A stretch of 64,000 bases of DNA, from contig NC_090365.1 of the NCBI RefSeq assembly GCF_035084215.1, positions 4,464,001 to 4,528,000 of the forward strand, read 5' to 3'. How positions within the stretch are numbered: position 1 is the stretch's first letter; each line of letters begins with the position of its first letter. Of this stretch, positions 26,401 to 36,236 are shown one piece after another. The position numbers and the translations under genes are program-made. Under the pieces are notes generated by a model. That model did no database searches and was not told where the DNA came from. It saw nothing but the letters and a program-made list of their open reading frames with translations. This stretch comes from Heptranchias perlo (lineage: Eukaryota).

Positions 26401-29400
26401 GCTGCAAGAAGGGTGGGGTACTGGAGGGAGGAGTTAGAAAATCCATCAAGCAAGATGACCCACTAAGCATATTTGTTATTTTTATATTATACAAAGACAA
26501 GCTGTACTGATGGAAAATAAGTGAATCCAATCATAACTTTTGTTCTATACGTCCAGTCGATAGAAATAAAGCAGCTTACTGAATCACGTCAAGTCGGGTC
26601 TCACCAAGCATTTGCTAGATCTGCCTTTGGGAGATTAAATAAATTCATGTGCGGAAGGCACAAATCTCCCGTCCAGATCACAAGGGGTTGCTATTGTTAC
26701 ATTCCCGGTTTGCACTATCGTATTAAGTATGTATAGAGCAACGGAAGTAGTTCAAACCGCTTAAGGGAACAACTGATGCCACTAAACCCAAGAAGGTATC
26801 TATGGATGACCGAAATTCGTAATAGCAACGGCTCTCAGTGGTATAGGATGTGCTTTGCAATTAAGAGGCCCCCCCCTCATCTAAGAGGCTCAATCCCTCG
26901 CATCTCCAAGTACTTTTGATTTGGTTTTCTTAATTAGATGAAATGGAGTCCAGAGCCTTCTGTATCCAAAGCCATTTTGTGATTTAACAAAGAAAATCTT
27001 CAATGGCAACCACGCCCCATTAAAGGTCAATTTTCTATTTAGATTATTTTTCTTCCACTGTTTTCAATTTACAAACATCTATAGAGTATAAGTCTTAAAA
27101 AAAAATGTCAGCTCCATTCCTGAAGCGTCTGACCTCCATGCAAAAGATGTGAAACATTAGCAAAAATCTGCAACATTGCATCAGAAGACAAAATGTTATA
27201 CACCATTAACTGAAAGTGGTTAATTTCTTTCATGTTCTATTTATACATTTCAGTAGGAAGAACGAGGGGAAATATAAAGAAGAGGGCACAATTCTAAAAG
27301 GGGTACAGGAACAGAGAGATCTGGGGGTATATGTGCACAAACTGTTGAAGGTGGCAGGGCAGGTTGAGAAAGCGGATAAAAAAGCATACAGGATCCTGGG
27401 CTTTATAAATAGAGGCATAGAATACAAATGTATGGAAGTCATGATGAACCTTTATAAAACACTGGTTCAGCCACAACTGGAGGACTGTGTCCAGTTCTGG
27501 GCACCGCACTTTAGGATAAATGACCAGTTAATCTGTTTTAGTGATGTTAGTTGAAATCAGTGGAAGTGTGGTCTTCTGTGGCCTCTGACAGGGACTGGCT
27601 TAACAATTGGGAGAAGTAGAGAGAGAGAGAATGCCACCAAATCTAAATATTTAGGAAAAATGTGAAGGCCTTAAGAGAGGATGCAGAAGAGATTTATTAG
27701 AATGATTCCAGGGATGAGGGACTTCAGTTACGTGGATAGACTGGAGAAGCTGGGGTGGTTCTCCTCGGAACAGAGACAGTTGCGAGGAGATTTGATAGAG
27801 GTACTCAAAATTATGAAGGGTCGAGGCAGAGAGAAACTGTTCCCATTGGCGGAAAGGTCAAGAATCAGAAGACATTAATTTAAGATGATTGGCAAAAGAA
27901 CCAAAGGTGACATAAGGAAAAACTTCTTTACACAGTGAGTGGTTAGGATCTGGAATAGGCGATCTTATTGAAACATATAAGATTGTGAAGGGGCTTGATC
28001 GGGTGGATGCAGTAAGGATGTTCCCAAGGATGGGTGAAACTAGAACTAGGGGGCATAATCTTAGAATAAGGGGCTGCTCTTTCAAAACTGAGATGAGGAG
28101 AAACTTCTTCACTCAGAGGGTAGTAGGTCTGTGGAATTTGCTGCCCCAGGAAGCTACATCATTAAATAAATTTAAAACAAAAATAGACAGTTTCCTAGAA
28201 GTAAAGGGAATTAGGGGTTACGGGGAGCAGGCAGGAAATTGGACATGAATTTAGATTTGAGGTTAGGATCAGATCAGCCATGATCTTATTGAATGGCGGA
28301 GCAGGCTCGAGGGGCTGATTGGCCTACTCCTGCTCCTATTTCTTATGTTCTTATGGAATGCACTGCCCAAGGGGGTGGTGGAGGCAGATTCAATCATGGC
28401 CTTCAAAAGGAAACTGGATATGTTCTTGAAAGGAAAAAATTTGCAGGGCTACGATATAGGGCGGGGGAGTGGGGCTCTTGCATAGAGCCAGTGTGGACTC
28501 GATGGGCTGAATGGCCTCCTTTTGTGCTCTAACCTTTCTATGATTCTATGATATACCAAAAGAAAAATGTCTCTCAATGTTTCATGTTCAATGAGCTACA
28601 TTGAAGTGCAGTGCTGCAGCTGTTTCACATACAGCAAGATGCCACAAACAGCAATAAGGCAAATGACCAGTTAATCTATTTTTGGTAGGGTTGGTTGTGG
28701 GAGGCGATGTTGGCCGGGACAGCGGAACTCTTTGCTCTTTTTTGAATATTGCAACAGTATCTTTCACATCCATCTGAAGAGGCAGGCGGTTCGACATCTC
28801 ATCCAAAAGACAGCCTCTCCAACAGTGCAACAACAACTTGCATTTATATAGCACCTTCAACGTAGTAAAACGTCCCAAGCCAACAATGCAGTGCTCCCAT
28901 GCTACTCCTTCCTGCATTGAAGTAGCAGCCTGGATTACGTGATCAAATCCTGGGGCGGGGCTTGAACCCGCGACCTTCTGACTCAGATGAGCCAAGCACC
29001 TCCGACAGTACGGCGGTACCCCACTACTGCACTGGGAGTGTCAGTCGGAGGCATTAACAACCGATTTAAGAATGGAATACAGTAAATATCTAGATTTGGT
29101 GGAGTTCTCTCTCTACCTCTCCCAATTGTTAGGCCAGTCCCGGTCAGAGGCCACACTCCCACTGATTTCAACTAACATCACTAAAACAGATTAACCAGTC
29201 ATTTATCCTATTGCTGTTTGTGGGATCTTGCTGTGCGCAAATTGGCTACCGCGTTTCCTGCATTAAGACAGTGACTACACTTCAAAAGTAACTCATTGGC
29301 TGTAAAGCGCTTTGGGACGTCCTGATGTCGTGAAAGGCGCTACAGAAATGCAAGTTCTTTCTTCCCTCGTTAAGCCGGCACCAGGTGCTCGGGGCCGTAC

Positions 29401-29729
29401 TTTTAGGGGTTGAGATTCCGGCTCAATGAGTTTTTAATCCAATCCCATCCCTTTGTTCGGTGGGTTTACAGTCTGCTCGTGTAACCCCGGCCTGACTGAG
29501 GAACCAGCCGGGACTCGGGCCCATTCTTCCCCGCTCGGTGCCGAGGCCTGAGGCCTGAGCGCCGCACCCTCCCACCAACCAACCAACCCGCCCCGCCCGC
29601 AAAAAACATCCCGGCCTTGGGTTTCCATCTAGTTTCGCTCCCGGGCCCACGTCTGTGTGCCGAGTTTCACTGGCGGTCCCGGCACTTTTGGCCGCTTCTC
29701 GCCAACTTACCGAGAGTCACCGACACCAT
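7945..29729 (-). CDS. C19orf47: C19orf47 orthologue (SAM-like DUF5577 N-terminus), complete 8-coding-exon gene, 398 aa
   Basis: Exons 29711-29729, 23034-23121, 18203-18317, 14846-14927, 12129-12257, 10540-10686, 10128-10198, 7945-8490 join in frame (1197 nt) with GT-AG introns. Translation MVSVTLATSEWIQFFKDAGIPPGPAVNYAVSFVDNRIQKNMLMDL...KRRRVTAEMEGKYIINMPKGTT...SVFDRLGAE...PTGVFSRLG...LQYAGVLK...SVFERLGKKLK matches the known C19orf47 sequence pattern. Confidence 0.93.
9281..9415 (+). mobile_element. 3' tail fragment of the same LINE family as 2709-4522
   Basis: Near-identical to 4390-4522, including the A-tail. Confidence 0.85.
9441..9603. mobile_element. MITE-like element with ~17-bp imperfect terminal inverted repeats
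   Basis: Left end GGGGGCAATTTTAACCT; reverse complement of the right end GGGTGCAATTTTAGCCT; a related degenerate copy lies near 59157-59287. Confidence 0.55.
10128..10198 (-). CDS. C19orf47: C19orf47 coding exon 7
   Basis: ag|GT TTG CCA...; (G)LPRMSVFDRLGAEAKADTTTGNK; donor AAG|gtgagg. Confidence 0.92.
10540..10686 (-). CDS. C19orf47: C19orf47 coding exon 6
   Basis: (V)LSRPADPGPDALAKRRRVTAEMEGKYIINMPKGTTAKTKKILEQQATK; donor G|gtaaag. The acceptor was chosen for phase; an alternative in-frame AG would start the exon at 10671. Confidence 0.88.
12129..12257 (-). CDS. C19orf47: C19orf47 coding exon 5
   Basis: ttttccccattcag|CT; ASRMIANSLNRESPPSTPVRRPETSTSKISVTVANKLATKKA; donor G|gtatga. Confidence 0.92.
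13300..13960 (-). mobile_element. L2-type LINE 3' fragment
   Basis: ORF 13404-13736 reads LYWLLVRQRLDFKILILVFKTLHGLAPHYL...GGRAFS...WNSLP, the typical L2 ORF2 C-terminus, followed by the aaggcgctatataa tail. Confidence 0.88.
14846..14927 (-). CDS. C19orf47: C19orf47 coding exon 4
   Basis: cttctag|GAA; ELAKVATESISPSHGNVHFELKRTANS; donor C|gtaagt; phases fit both neighbouring exons. Confidence 0.88.
16225..16797 (+). mobile_element. CR1 (HER1-like) LINE 3' fragments
   Basis: MRDFSYVERLEKLGLFSLEQRRLREDLI and [11 protein letters not shown]-type sequence; 3' tail gggccgaatggcc. Confidence 0.85.
18203..18317 (-). CDS. C19orf47: C19orf47 coding exon 3
   Basis: ttgcacag|G; IQKNMLMDLTKDIMNELSITVVGDIIAILKHAKVVYKQ; donor CAG|gtgagg. 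Confidence 0.93.
18380..18600 (+). mobile_element. LF-SINE-like element (diverged)
   Basis: tRNA-like head (tgcagtgg...ttcaaatccagcc) followed, in order, by tctgctggctgt, cctacatgaagtgagt, tcagttcctagtgga and agcactaattg, collinear with the recalled LF-SINE consensus. Confidence 0.65.
21349..21374. repeat. (CA)13 microsatellite
   Basis: Read directly. Confidence 0.95.
23034..23121 (-). CDS. C19orf47: C19orf47 coding exon 2
   Basis: ttctgttccgcag|CT; TSEWIQFFKDAGIPPGPAVNYAVSFVDNR; donor AG|gtaggg. Confidence 0.93.
27240..28550 (+). mobile_element. Nested CR1 LINE cluster: host CR1 interrupted by a local inverted duplication (27513-27656) and a second CR1 subfamily (27957-28353)
   Basis: ORF fragments QEQRDLGVYVH..., LYKTLVQPQLEDCVQFWAP and RLEKLG; the inner CR1 is flanked by the TSD TGGAAT (27951-27956 / 28354-28359). 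Confidence 0.88.
28600..29360. mobile_element. Two Deu-domain tRNA-SINE fragments (SacSINE1-like): minus copy ~28600-29000, plus copy ~29170-29360
   Basis: Core aacatcactaaaacagatta...gctgtttgtgggatcttgctgtgc, tail gtgaaaggcgctacagaaatgcaag, and a tRNA B-box-like ggttcaagcc on the minus copy. Confidence 0.75.
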
Positions 29730-29797
29730 CTTGGGACCGCCGGCTCCGCGGAGCGCACTGACGTCATCTCCAGAGCGCCCAGGAGAAAGGAACAGTG
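29400..29797 (-). promoter_or_regulatory. CpG-rich promoter/first-exon region of C19orf47 with full CRE (TGACGTCA 29759-29766)
   Basis: High CpG density, GC-box-like ccgccccgccc near 29588, and a palindromic CRE about 30 bp upstream of the ATG. Confidence 0.75.
29711..29729 (-). CDS. C19orf47: C19orf47 coding exon 1 (MVSVTL)
   Basis: cccaagATGGTGTCGGTGACTCTCG|gtaagt in a CpG-rich island; good Kozak context, consensus donor, phase 1 matches exon 2. Confidence 0.9.
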
Positions 29798-31060
29798 CCA
29801 GCACCTAGCAACGGGGATGACCAGGGCCCGCACCTAGCAACGGGGGTATCCAGGGCCAGCACCTAGCAATGGGGTATCCAGGGCCAGCACCTAGCAATGG
29901 GGTATCCAAGGCCAGCACCTAGCAATGGGGTATCCAGGGCCAGCACCTAGCAATGGGGTATCCAGGGCCAGCACCTAGCAATGGGGTATCCAGGACCAGC
30001 ACCTAGCAATGGGGTATCCAGGGCCAGCACCTAGCAATGGGGTATCCAGGACCAGCACCTAGCAATGGGGTATCCAGGGCCAGCACCTAGCAATGGGGTA
30101 TCCAGGACCAGCACCTAGCAATGGGGTATCCAGGACCAGCACCTAGCAATGGGGTATCCAGGACCAGCACCTAGCAATGGGGTATCCAGGACCAGCACCT
30201 AGCAATGGGGTATCCAGGACCAGCACCTAGCAATGGGGTATCCAGGACCAGCACCTAGCAATGGGGTATCCAGGACCAGCACCTAGCAATGGGGTATCCA
30301 AGGCCAGCACCTAGCAATGGGGTATCCAGGGCCAGCACCTAGCAATGGGGGTATCCAGGGCCAGCACCTAGCAATGGGGTATCCAGGGCCCGCACCTAGC
30401 AACGGGGGTATCCAGGACCAGCACCTAGCAATGGGGTATCCAGGACCAGCACCTAGCAATGGGGTATCCAGGGCCCGCACCTAGCAACGGGGGTATCCAG
30501 GACCAGCACCCAGCAATGGGGTATCCAGGGCCAGCACCTAGCAATGGGGGTATCCAGGGCCAGCACCTAGCAATGGGGTATCCAGGGCCAGTACCTAGCA
30601 ATGGGGTATCCAGGGCCAGTACCTAGCAATGGGGGTATTCAGGGCAGCACCTAGCAACGAGTGTAACCAGGGCCAGTATCTAGTAATGGGGTATCCAGGG
30701 CCAGTACCTAGCAATGGGGGTATTCAGGACCAACACCTAGTAATGGGGTATCCAGGACCAGCACCTAGTAATGGGGTATCCAGGACCAGCACCTAGCAAC
30801 GGGTGTAAGCAGGGCCAGTATCTAGTAATGGGGTATCCAGGACCAGCACTTAGCAACAGGGGTATCCAGGACAGCACCTAGCAATGGGGTATCCAGGACC
30901 AGCACCTAGCAATGGGGTATCCAGGACCAGCACCTAGCAATGGGATATCCAGGACCAGCACTTAGCAACAGGGGTATCCAGGACCAGCACCTAGCAACAG
31001 GGGTATCCAGGGGCAGCACTTGGCAACAGGGTACGGGGTAATCAGGAGCAATACCTAGCA
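29798..31060. repeat. 28-bp minisatellite (VNTR), ~45 units, consensus CCAGCACCTAGCAATGGGGTATCCAGG(G/A)
   Basis: Tandem units read directly with period 28 (occasionally 29); homogeneous in the left half and degenerating to the right. Confidence 0.97.
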
Positions 31061-31438
31061 AAAGAATAATCAGATGCGATACCTCGCAACAATCGGGTAG
31101 CACCCGAGAATGAGAATTTTAGCTTTGAGGCTTTGCAAGAGCAGGAGCCAATGTATGTCAGTGTGGATGGGTGATGGGTGAGCAGGACTTACTGTAAGAT
31201 AGGCTATGAGTAGTAGTATATGCTATAACGCTCCTGTCGTTATAAACCAGTGTACCACCAAGTTACCAATAGTGCCAAGGCAGATCCACTAGTAAAGAAA
31301 GCAGTAGCAATTATATAGCGCCTCATCACATTTTCAGGATGTGCCAAATTACTTTTTCAAGTGCAATCACTATTAAGTGGCCAAATGCAGCAGTTGATGT
31401 GTGCACAGCAGGATCCCACAAACACCAAATGAATGAAT

Positions 31439-31960
31439 GACTTTGGGAAGGATGTGAAGAACTTAGAGAGGGTGCAGAAAATATTTACTAGATTGGTTCC
31501 AGGGTTGAGGGACTTCAGTTATGTGGATAGACTGGAGAAGCTGGGGTTGCTCTCCTTAGAGCAGAGAAGGTTGAGAGGAGATTTGATAGAAGTGTTCAAA
31601 ATCATGACTGGTTTAGATAAAGTAAATAAAGAGAAACTGTTCCCACTGGTGGAAGGGTCGAGAACCAGAGGACACAGATTTAAGGTGATTGGCAAAAGAA
31701 CCAACGGTGACATGAGGAAAAACTTCTTTACACAGCGAGTAGCTATGATCTGGAATGCGCTGCCTGAAAGGGTGGTGGAAGCAGATTCGATCGAGGCTTT
31801 CAAAAAGGAATTGGATAAACTCTTGAAGGGAAAAAATTTGCAGGGCTATGGGGAAAGAGCAGGGGAATGGGACTAACTGGATTGCACTTACAAAGCGCCA
31901 GCACGGGCTCGATGGGCCGAATGGCCTCCTTCTGTCCCGTAACCATTCTATGATTCAATG
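31439..31960 (+). mobile_element. Young CR1 (HER1-like) LINE 3' fragment inserted in a Deu-SINE
   Basis: Open ORF2 C-terminus KDVKNLERVQKIFTRLVPGLRDFSYVDRLEKLGL...[11 protein letters not shown]...QGYGERAGEWD; SINE sequence on both sides. Confidence 0.9.
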
Positions 31961-32064
31961 GCTAACTAGGTCATCTGGTTTTTTGGTGGTGTTGTTTGAA
32001 TTAGGAATGTTGGCCAAGATACCTCCCTGGTTTTCTTCAAATAGCACTACGGGATCTTTTATGT

Positions 32065-33730
32065 TTGTGTTTTTTTTATATTTCAAAATATACTTTTTCA
32101 TAAAATTTAAAGATACACACAGTTCCATGTAAAAGGACACAAATTCCAAACAATATAGTTCGAACCAATGCAATGCAGATTGTGCACGATGACCTCATTC
32201 TTCCAATTCAAACCACAGTACATATCTTCTGAAACATTCTGTACAATACAAGGTGGGGAGGCCTTTCCCCATACAGCCTTTGCGTAAGTTGCACCTCCTT
32301 TCAGTGCGTCCCACAGCGTGTGCCCTTTTTTAAATTTCAAAATATACTTTATTTCATAAAATTTAAAGATACATGCAGTTTATACATAGTTCAAGTAAAA
32401 GACACAAATTCCAGCAAGGCAGTTCGAAGCAATACAGTGCAGATCGTATACACTATGATCTCATTATTACAATTCTAGAACACAGTACATATCTTCTGAT
32501 ACATTCTGTACAATACAAGGTGGGGTGGCCTTACACAGTGGCCTTTCCCCATAGAGCCTTTGCGTAGGTCGCACCTCACTTCAGTGCGTCCTGCAGCACG
32601 TACTCCTGGACCTTGGAGTGTGCCAGTTGGCAACACTTGGTCGTGGACAGTTCCTTCAGCTGGGAGACCAGCAGGTTTCGGGCGGACCAAAGGGCCTTCT
32701 TCACCGAATTGATGGTCTTCCAGCCGCAGTTGATATCTGCCTCGGTGTGCCTCCCGGGGAACAACCTTTGTCCTGCGTTACCGAGCTGTTGGGGATGAAC
32801 CGGGACAGACACCAATGCATCTCTCTCCACACCCTCTGCACGAAGGGGCAGTCCATCATGAGGTGGATGACGGTCTCCTCCCCGCCGCAGCCTCGAAGGC
32901 AGCTCGCGGTGGCGCTGAGATTCCGTGGGAGTTGGAAAAACCGCACTGGGAGGCTACATCCTGGTGCTTGTTAGTCAGTTCTGGCCACGAGACGTTGTGC
33001 CGAACAGGCATCGACTGGTCGAGAAACTGCCCGATCGGATCCACCCTCACCTTTCCTTGTAGGGCTCTCAGAACGTTCCGTGCCGACCGCTGTCTGACGA
33101 CCGTGTAGTCAGACAGTAGCTCACGAACTTCTCCACCTGGGACAGGGGGGTGGGGGTACGGTCCAGCTGAACGGGATGTTCTGTGTCTGCTCGGCCATCG
33201 TGGCCAGACCCAGCCTTCTCAGTGTGTTGGACAGGTAGAAACTCAGCACGTGGTGACACTTGGTGTTTGCGTACTGGGGCTCCGCATACATCCTGAGGCA
33301 GCCACACGCAAAGGTGGCCATCAGGATCAGAGCAGCATTGGGGACACCCTTCCCCTCTTTGTCTGGGGGCTTCTACATGATCACCCTGCGGACGTGTTCT
33401 ACCTTGGACCTCCAAAGTGGAAGATAGCTCAGGTGACTGTGACGGCGACGGCGGAGTTGTGGGGAATGGGCCAGACCCTCTGGGCACATAGAGCAACACC
33501 GCGAGTACCTCACACCTTATGACCAGGTTCCTGCCAGTTATGGAGAGGGATTGCCCCACCCACATACCAAGCTTCTTTTTGGCCTTGGCGATCCACTCCT
33601 CCCAATTTCTGGTGCTGGCCTGGGTCCCCCCCCCGAACCAGATCCCCAGCATCTTCAGGTAGTCAGACCTGACTGTGAAGGGGATAAAGGATTAGGTCTC
33701 CCACCAGCCAAAGAACGTGGCCTCACTCTT
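32065..33730 (-). mobile_element. Tx1-clade (L1 group) non-LTR retrotransposon remnant plus a second tandem 3' end
   Basis: LGIWFGG...NWEEWIAKAKKKLGMW...SLSITGRNLVIRCEVLAVLLYV and C-terminal zinc knuckle CLRGCGGEETVIHLMMDCPF; 3' UTR with A-tails at ~32325 and ~32070. Confidence 0.8.
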
Positions 33731-34209
33731 ACTTCGGTTCGTTGGAGCGGTTGAGACAATGTCGTACATTGTGTCTGTGTAGCTGGTTTGTGGAGTTATC
33801 CAAAGCTCAGAGCAAGGCAGCAACACTTTAACTTTTATACAAGGATAATTCCTGGATACAAAATTCCAATTTCAACTTCCAATGTTTAAATTTTGACTTC
33901 ATTTTTTGAGAGAAACAATATAGAGTTCTTTACACGAGAATATTGGGTGTGTTTTTTTTAAATAATTAGGATATATAATGTACGATCTTCTCATTTGACA
34001 GGAAAAGATCTTTTTGTAAAGTGTATTTGTGCTGGGTTATAATCAAGTGCTACGTCTTTTCATGAAATAATAGGTGGAATTGCAAGTGGAATCCCTAAAA
34101 CAATAAATACTAAAATTTGACTAATTCAGTCACTAACAGCAGCCCTGATTATAGGGATTAGAAGTCGCTTTGTATGTTATGGGGTACGTTACTGGTTTTT
34201 CCACATAGC

Positions 34210-34590
34210 ATCATAGAACCATAGAAAGTTTCGACACAGAAGGAGGCTATTCGGCCCATCGTGTCCGTGCCAGCCGAAAAACAGCTATCCATCTTAATCC
34301 CAATTTCCAGCACTTGGTCCGTAGCCCTGTAGGTTACGGCACTTCAAGTGCACATCCAAGTACTTTTTAAAATGAGTTGAGGGTTTCTGCTTCTGCCACC
34401 CTCTCATGCAGTGAATTCCAGGCCCCCACCACCCTCTGGGTGAAAAAATTTCTCCTCAGCTCCCCTCTAATCCTTCTACCAGTTATTTTAAATCTTTGCC
34501 CCCTGGTCACTGACCCTCTCTGCTCAGGTAAATAGGTCCACCCTATCCACACTGTCTGGGCCCCTCATAATTTAATACACCTCAATTAAA
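34210..34590 (-). mobile_element. CR1 LINE 3' fragment
   Basis: [36 protein letters not shown]; tail ttctatggttctatg. Confidence 0.85.
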
Positions 34591-36109
34591 TAGATAGAAT
34601 CACAAAACACAATGCTCGAAACACCAGATAAAAATCTGCAATCCTATGTAATAACAGAATTTGACTTTGGCTCTGGTTATAATGTATACTCAAATCTTTA
34701 TCATCCAGTGATCTGCTACCATGAAAGACAATGGGGTGTTACTTCAACACCAATCACAGATCTTGCTATTACACCTTCCAATCTGACGTCACTGTTAGCG
34801 GTGATCGAATCTAGAATTAGTGTAGCCAAGATTGGGGAGTCTCTATCCAGGGGTCAGTGGTCTACAGGAGAAAATTGCTTTCAAATTCCCCAAATAAATA
34901 TCCAAAATGAGATATAGAGATGGCTTTGGAGAAGCTGGAATGATCGCTGGGCTTTCAGTGAAGCAGCTAATGGAAAGTGCGTTGGTCTAAAGTACTGTGA
35001 ATGCAGAGGGGTGTGTACAGGAAGACAGAGAAACAGCTTCTCCTTAAAGAATTTATTTTAATCTCCGTAAACTGGTACATTTGTAAAATGATATCCCAGA
35101 ATTCTTCAAGGTGAGAGAAGAGAACTTTCATTTGGTGAACCTTTGCAGGGTTCAGATATACTGCCTCCCCTTTATATAAAAAAAATCTTTTGAAGGCAGT
35201 GAATAAAGCACTGAGAATTCCCGTTAAAAGCAATTACAAGATAATCTTACTCCCCTTCTTCCCTCCTCTTCTGAAGGTGGTGACTGTCGCTGGGTTATGG
35301 TTCCCCAGGCACTGGCTAAAGTCGCTACTCTTCACGTGCGAACCTAGGTAGTGAGTGTCAACACAGGATATTCTACTGAGGGGGGCATCGCAGCCAAGCC
35401 ACATCCTGCCTTCATCTGCCATCTATACACCCAGTTACTTTCCGGCAGGGGTCACTAGGTAGCGATTGGGAGCAGCAAACCAACTGAGGGCAGTTAAGAG
35501 TCAACCACATTAGTGTGGGAATGGAGTCACAGGTAGGCCAGCAGGCTTACAATCCAGACACCGTGTTTACAAAGCTATTCAATTGTGGAGGGCTTCATAC
35601 CCGATCTTGATCATGGCCTCATCTAACATACGCACAGGGCATTGGAAAGCGAACAGGAACGGGAAAGCTTGTTGATTTTAGCCCTCCCTCTCTGAGATGC
35701 GGGGGCCAAATGTTGCACTCCAATCCTTCCAAAAAGCTAACTCCACACGGATCAGGAATCAAACCTGGAAGCTGGTCTGTAGGGATCAGTTGCACCCTAG
35801 ATTTTGCAATTCCTCATTGAGCCACTAGGGGAATCTATTTCATGCCTGTTAGAGATTTCTTCCTCCTTTGTACCTACAGTATATAAAAAACATCGAGTCC
35901 AGAACAACACAAACTGTGGCCAATTAAACAGCTCCTTAAAAATATGGGGAAGAGGGGAGATTTCTGTCTTCTTGGTTTGGTGGTACTATGTACGCAAATC
36001 TACTCAAATCTTCTCTGTAAGAGTCCCTAAGAAACAAAGACAGAGCTTGGATACGCTGTTAAATCTAAAATTGTAAAAAAAAAATCAATTGAAGTACTTT
36101 TGAATCCTG

Positions 36110-36236
36110 TCACTCCCTGTCCAACTCCGTTTCCATATCCTCAATTTCCACTGGTTCCTCCTCGTCAAAGTACCTCTCCTCTTCATCACGACTCACGATG
36201 TCAAGGTTGTCAAAATCTGGGTTGTCATCGACAGCA
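36110..36236 (-). CDS. CCDC97: CCDC97 coding exon 5 (last)
   Basis: ctcctttcag|T; [41 protein letters not shown]. Confidence 0.93.

Noticed and set aside
29798-31060. CRISPR-like array of ~28-bp repeats
   Set aside because: Units are directly adjacent with no unique spacers, there are no cas genes, and the context is a vertebrate genome; it is a minisatellite.
30283-31103. Repetitive ORFs (LLGAGPGYPIARCWSWIP...)
   Set aside because: These are translations of the minisatellite, with no splice or homology support.
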